A stretch of DNA of 64,000 bases from Chrysomallon squamiferum (lineage: Eukaryota > Animalia > Mollusca), in contig CM022671.1 of the NCBI GenBank assembly GCA_012295275.1, forward strand, positions 25,978,001 to 26,042,000, in the 5' to 3' direction. Positions 63,091 through 64,000 of the stretch are shown here, piece by piece (position 1 is the first letter of the stretch; every line of letters begins with the position of its first letter). The translations under genes were made by a program, and so were the position numbers. The notes under the pieces were generated by a model. It had not been told where the DNA came from. It made no database searches and saw only the letters and a list, made by a program, of their open reading frames with translations.

Positions 63091-64000
63091 AATTACTCTG
63101 TCTATTATTACACCTCATTTAACTTTCAACAGATTTAATAAATTTGAGGACTGGATATTCAAATTAAAACAACAACAATAACAATAACAAAACACTAAAC
63201 TACAATGATGATTGTTGTATGTGTATTAAATATTGATAAGTGATAGTTTTGATGTTTCTAGGCTTTTTTGTTATATTAAAAATGAAATAAATGAGAATTA
63301 TTGTTTTTAATTTCTAATGTTTCTTTCTCAGTTTTATTAAAAATAACTATTCCAGTTTTACAAAAATAACATTTAATTGGTTATTCATCAGATATTAGAA
63401 TGCAAGCTCTTAACAAAAATTTCATTAAACCTAACTCAAACCTAAATATAAAAGATAATGCTACAAAATTCATCAGTTATTGTGAAAGTGTATATTATTA
63501 ATTTCCAGAAATTAATATGATAGATGTTAATAATAAAGTGTGTGATAACAGATTGATTGATGCTATCAAATAACTGTTTTAAAGTAGTCTGACAGAATTT
63601 AACGTCAGTAATCTGACGTAACTGTTTTCTGAAAAAATAAAAAATAAAAAATCCACCTGGTTCAACATTTGACAATAGTCTACATTAACACACACACCAG
63701 CATATATAATAAAAATAATAAAAATATAAATAATAAAAATATAAAAATAAAGAAAAGGATAATGTTCTTTTAATTAATTAAATAATTAAACAGTGTTTAA
63801 TAACTGCATTTCACTTATATATACTAACACTACAAATGTCTTCAGAACACTTATTAGAGTAAGTGTGTGATGGACTGCTGGATGGAAAGTAATGTATTAA
63901 GACTATCTGCAGCAGTCAAGAAAACTAGGTCTAAATAATGTATATTTGGCAATTGTGATGCATTAGATTTCTAAATGCAGTCTGTTAACAGAACATATAC

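Overview
AT-rich, microsatellite-rich animal genomic DNA with spliceosomal GT-AG introns. It looks like an invertebrate, possibly a mollusc, but the species cannot be determined from the sequence. Reading exons by hand gives five protein-coding genes: (1) the 3' part of an SFMBT (Scm-like with four MBT domains) Polycomb gene on +, 187-6739; (2) a complete 18-exon DNAJC2/MPP11/ZRF1 gene on -, 10706-19243, with one apparently frameshifted exon; (3) a complete 9-exon, 384-aa ADP-ribosylglycohydrolase-fold gene on +, 20596-25127, head-to-head with DNAJC2, whose metal- and substrate-binding motifs are all altered (probable pseudoenzyme) and which ends in a PDZ-ligand-like ETMV; (4) the 3' end of HDAC6 (ZnF-UBP domain) on -, 28331-43268, continuing beyond the window through very large introns; (5) a single-coding-exon class A GPCR (Tre1/moody/GPR84-like) on +, 62086-63090, probably nested antisense in an HDAC6 intron, with candidate TATA/Inr first exons up to 29 kb upstream and an unusual Q2.50/D3.39 sodium-pocket arrangement. 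An internally deleted FLYWCH/Mutator-like transposon with an intact 8-bp TSD lies in the DNAJC2/ARH divergent promoter. Several tandem duplications copy splice sites. Most short ORFs in the supplied track are low-complexity artefacts.
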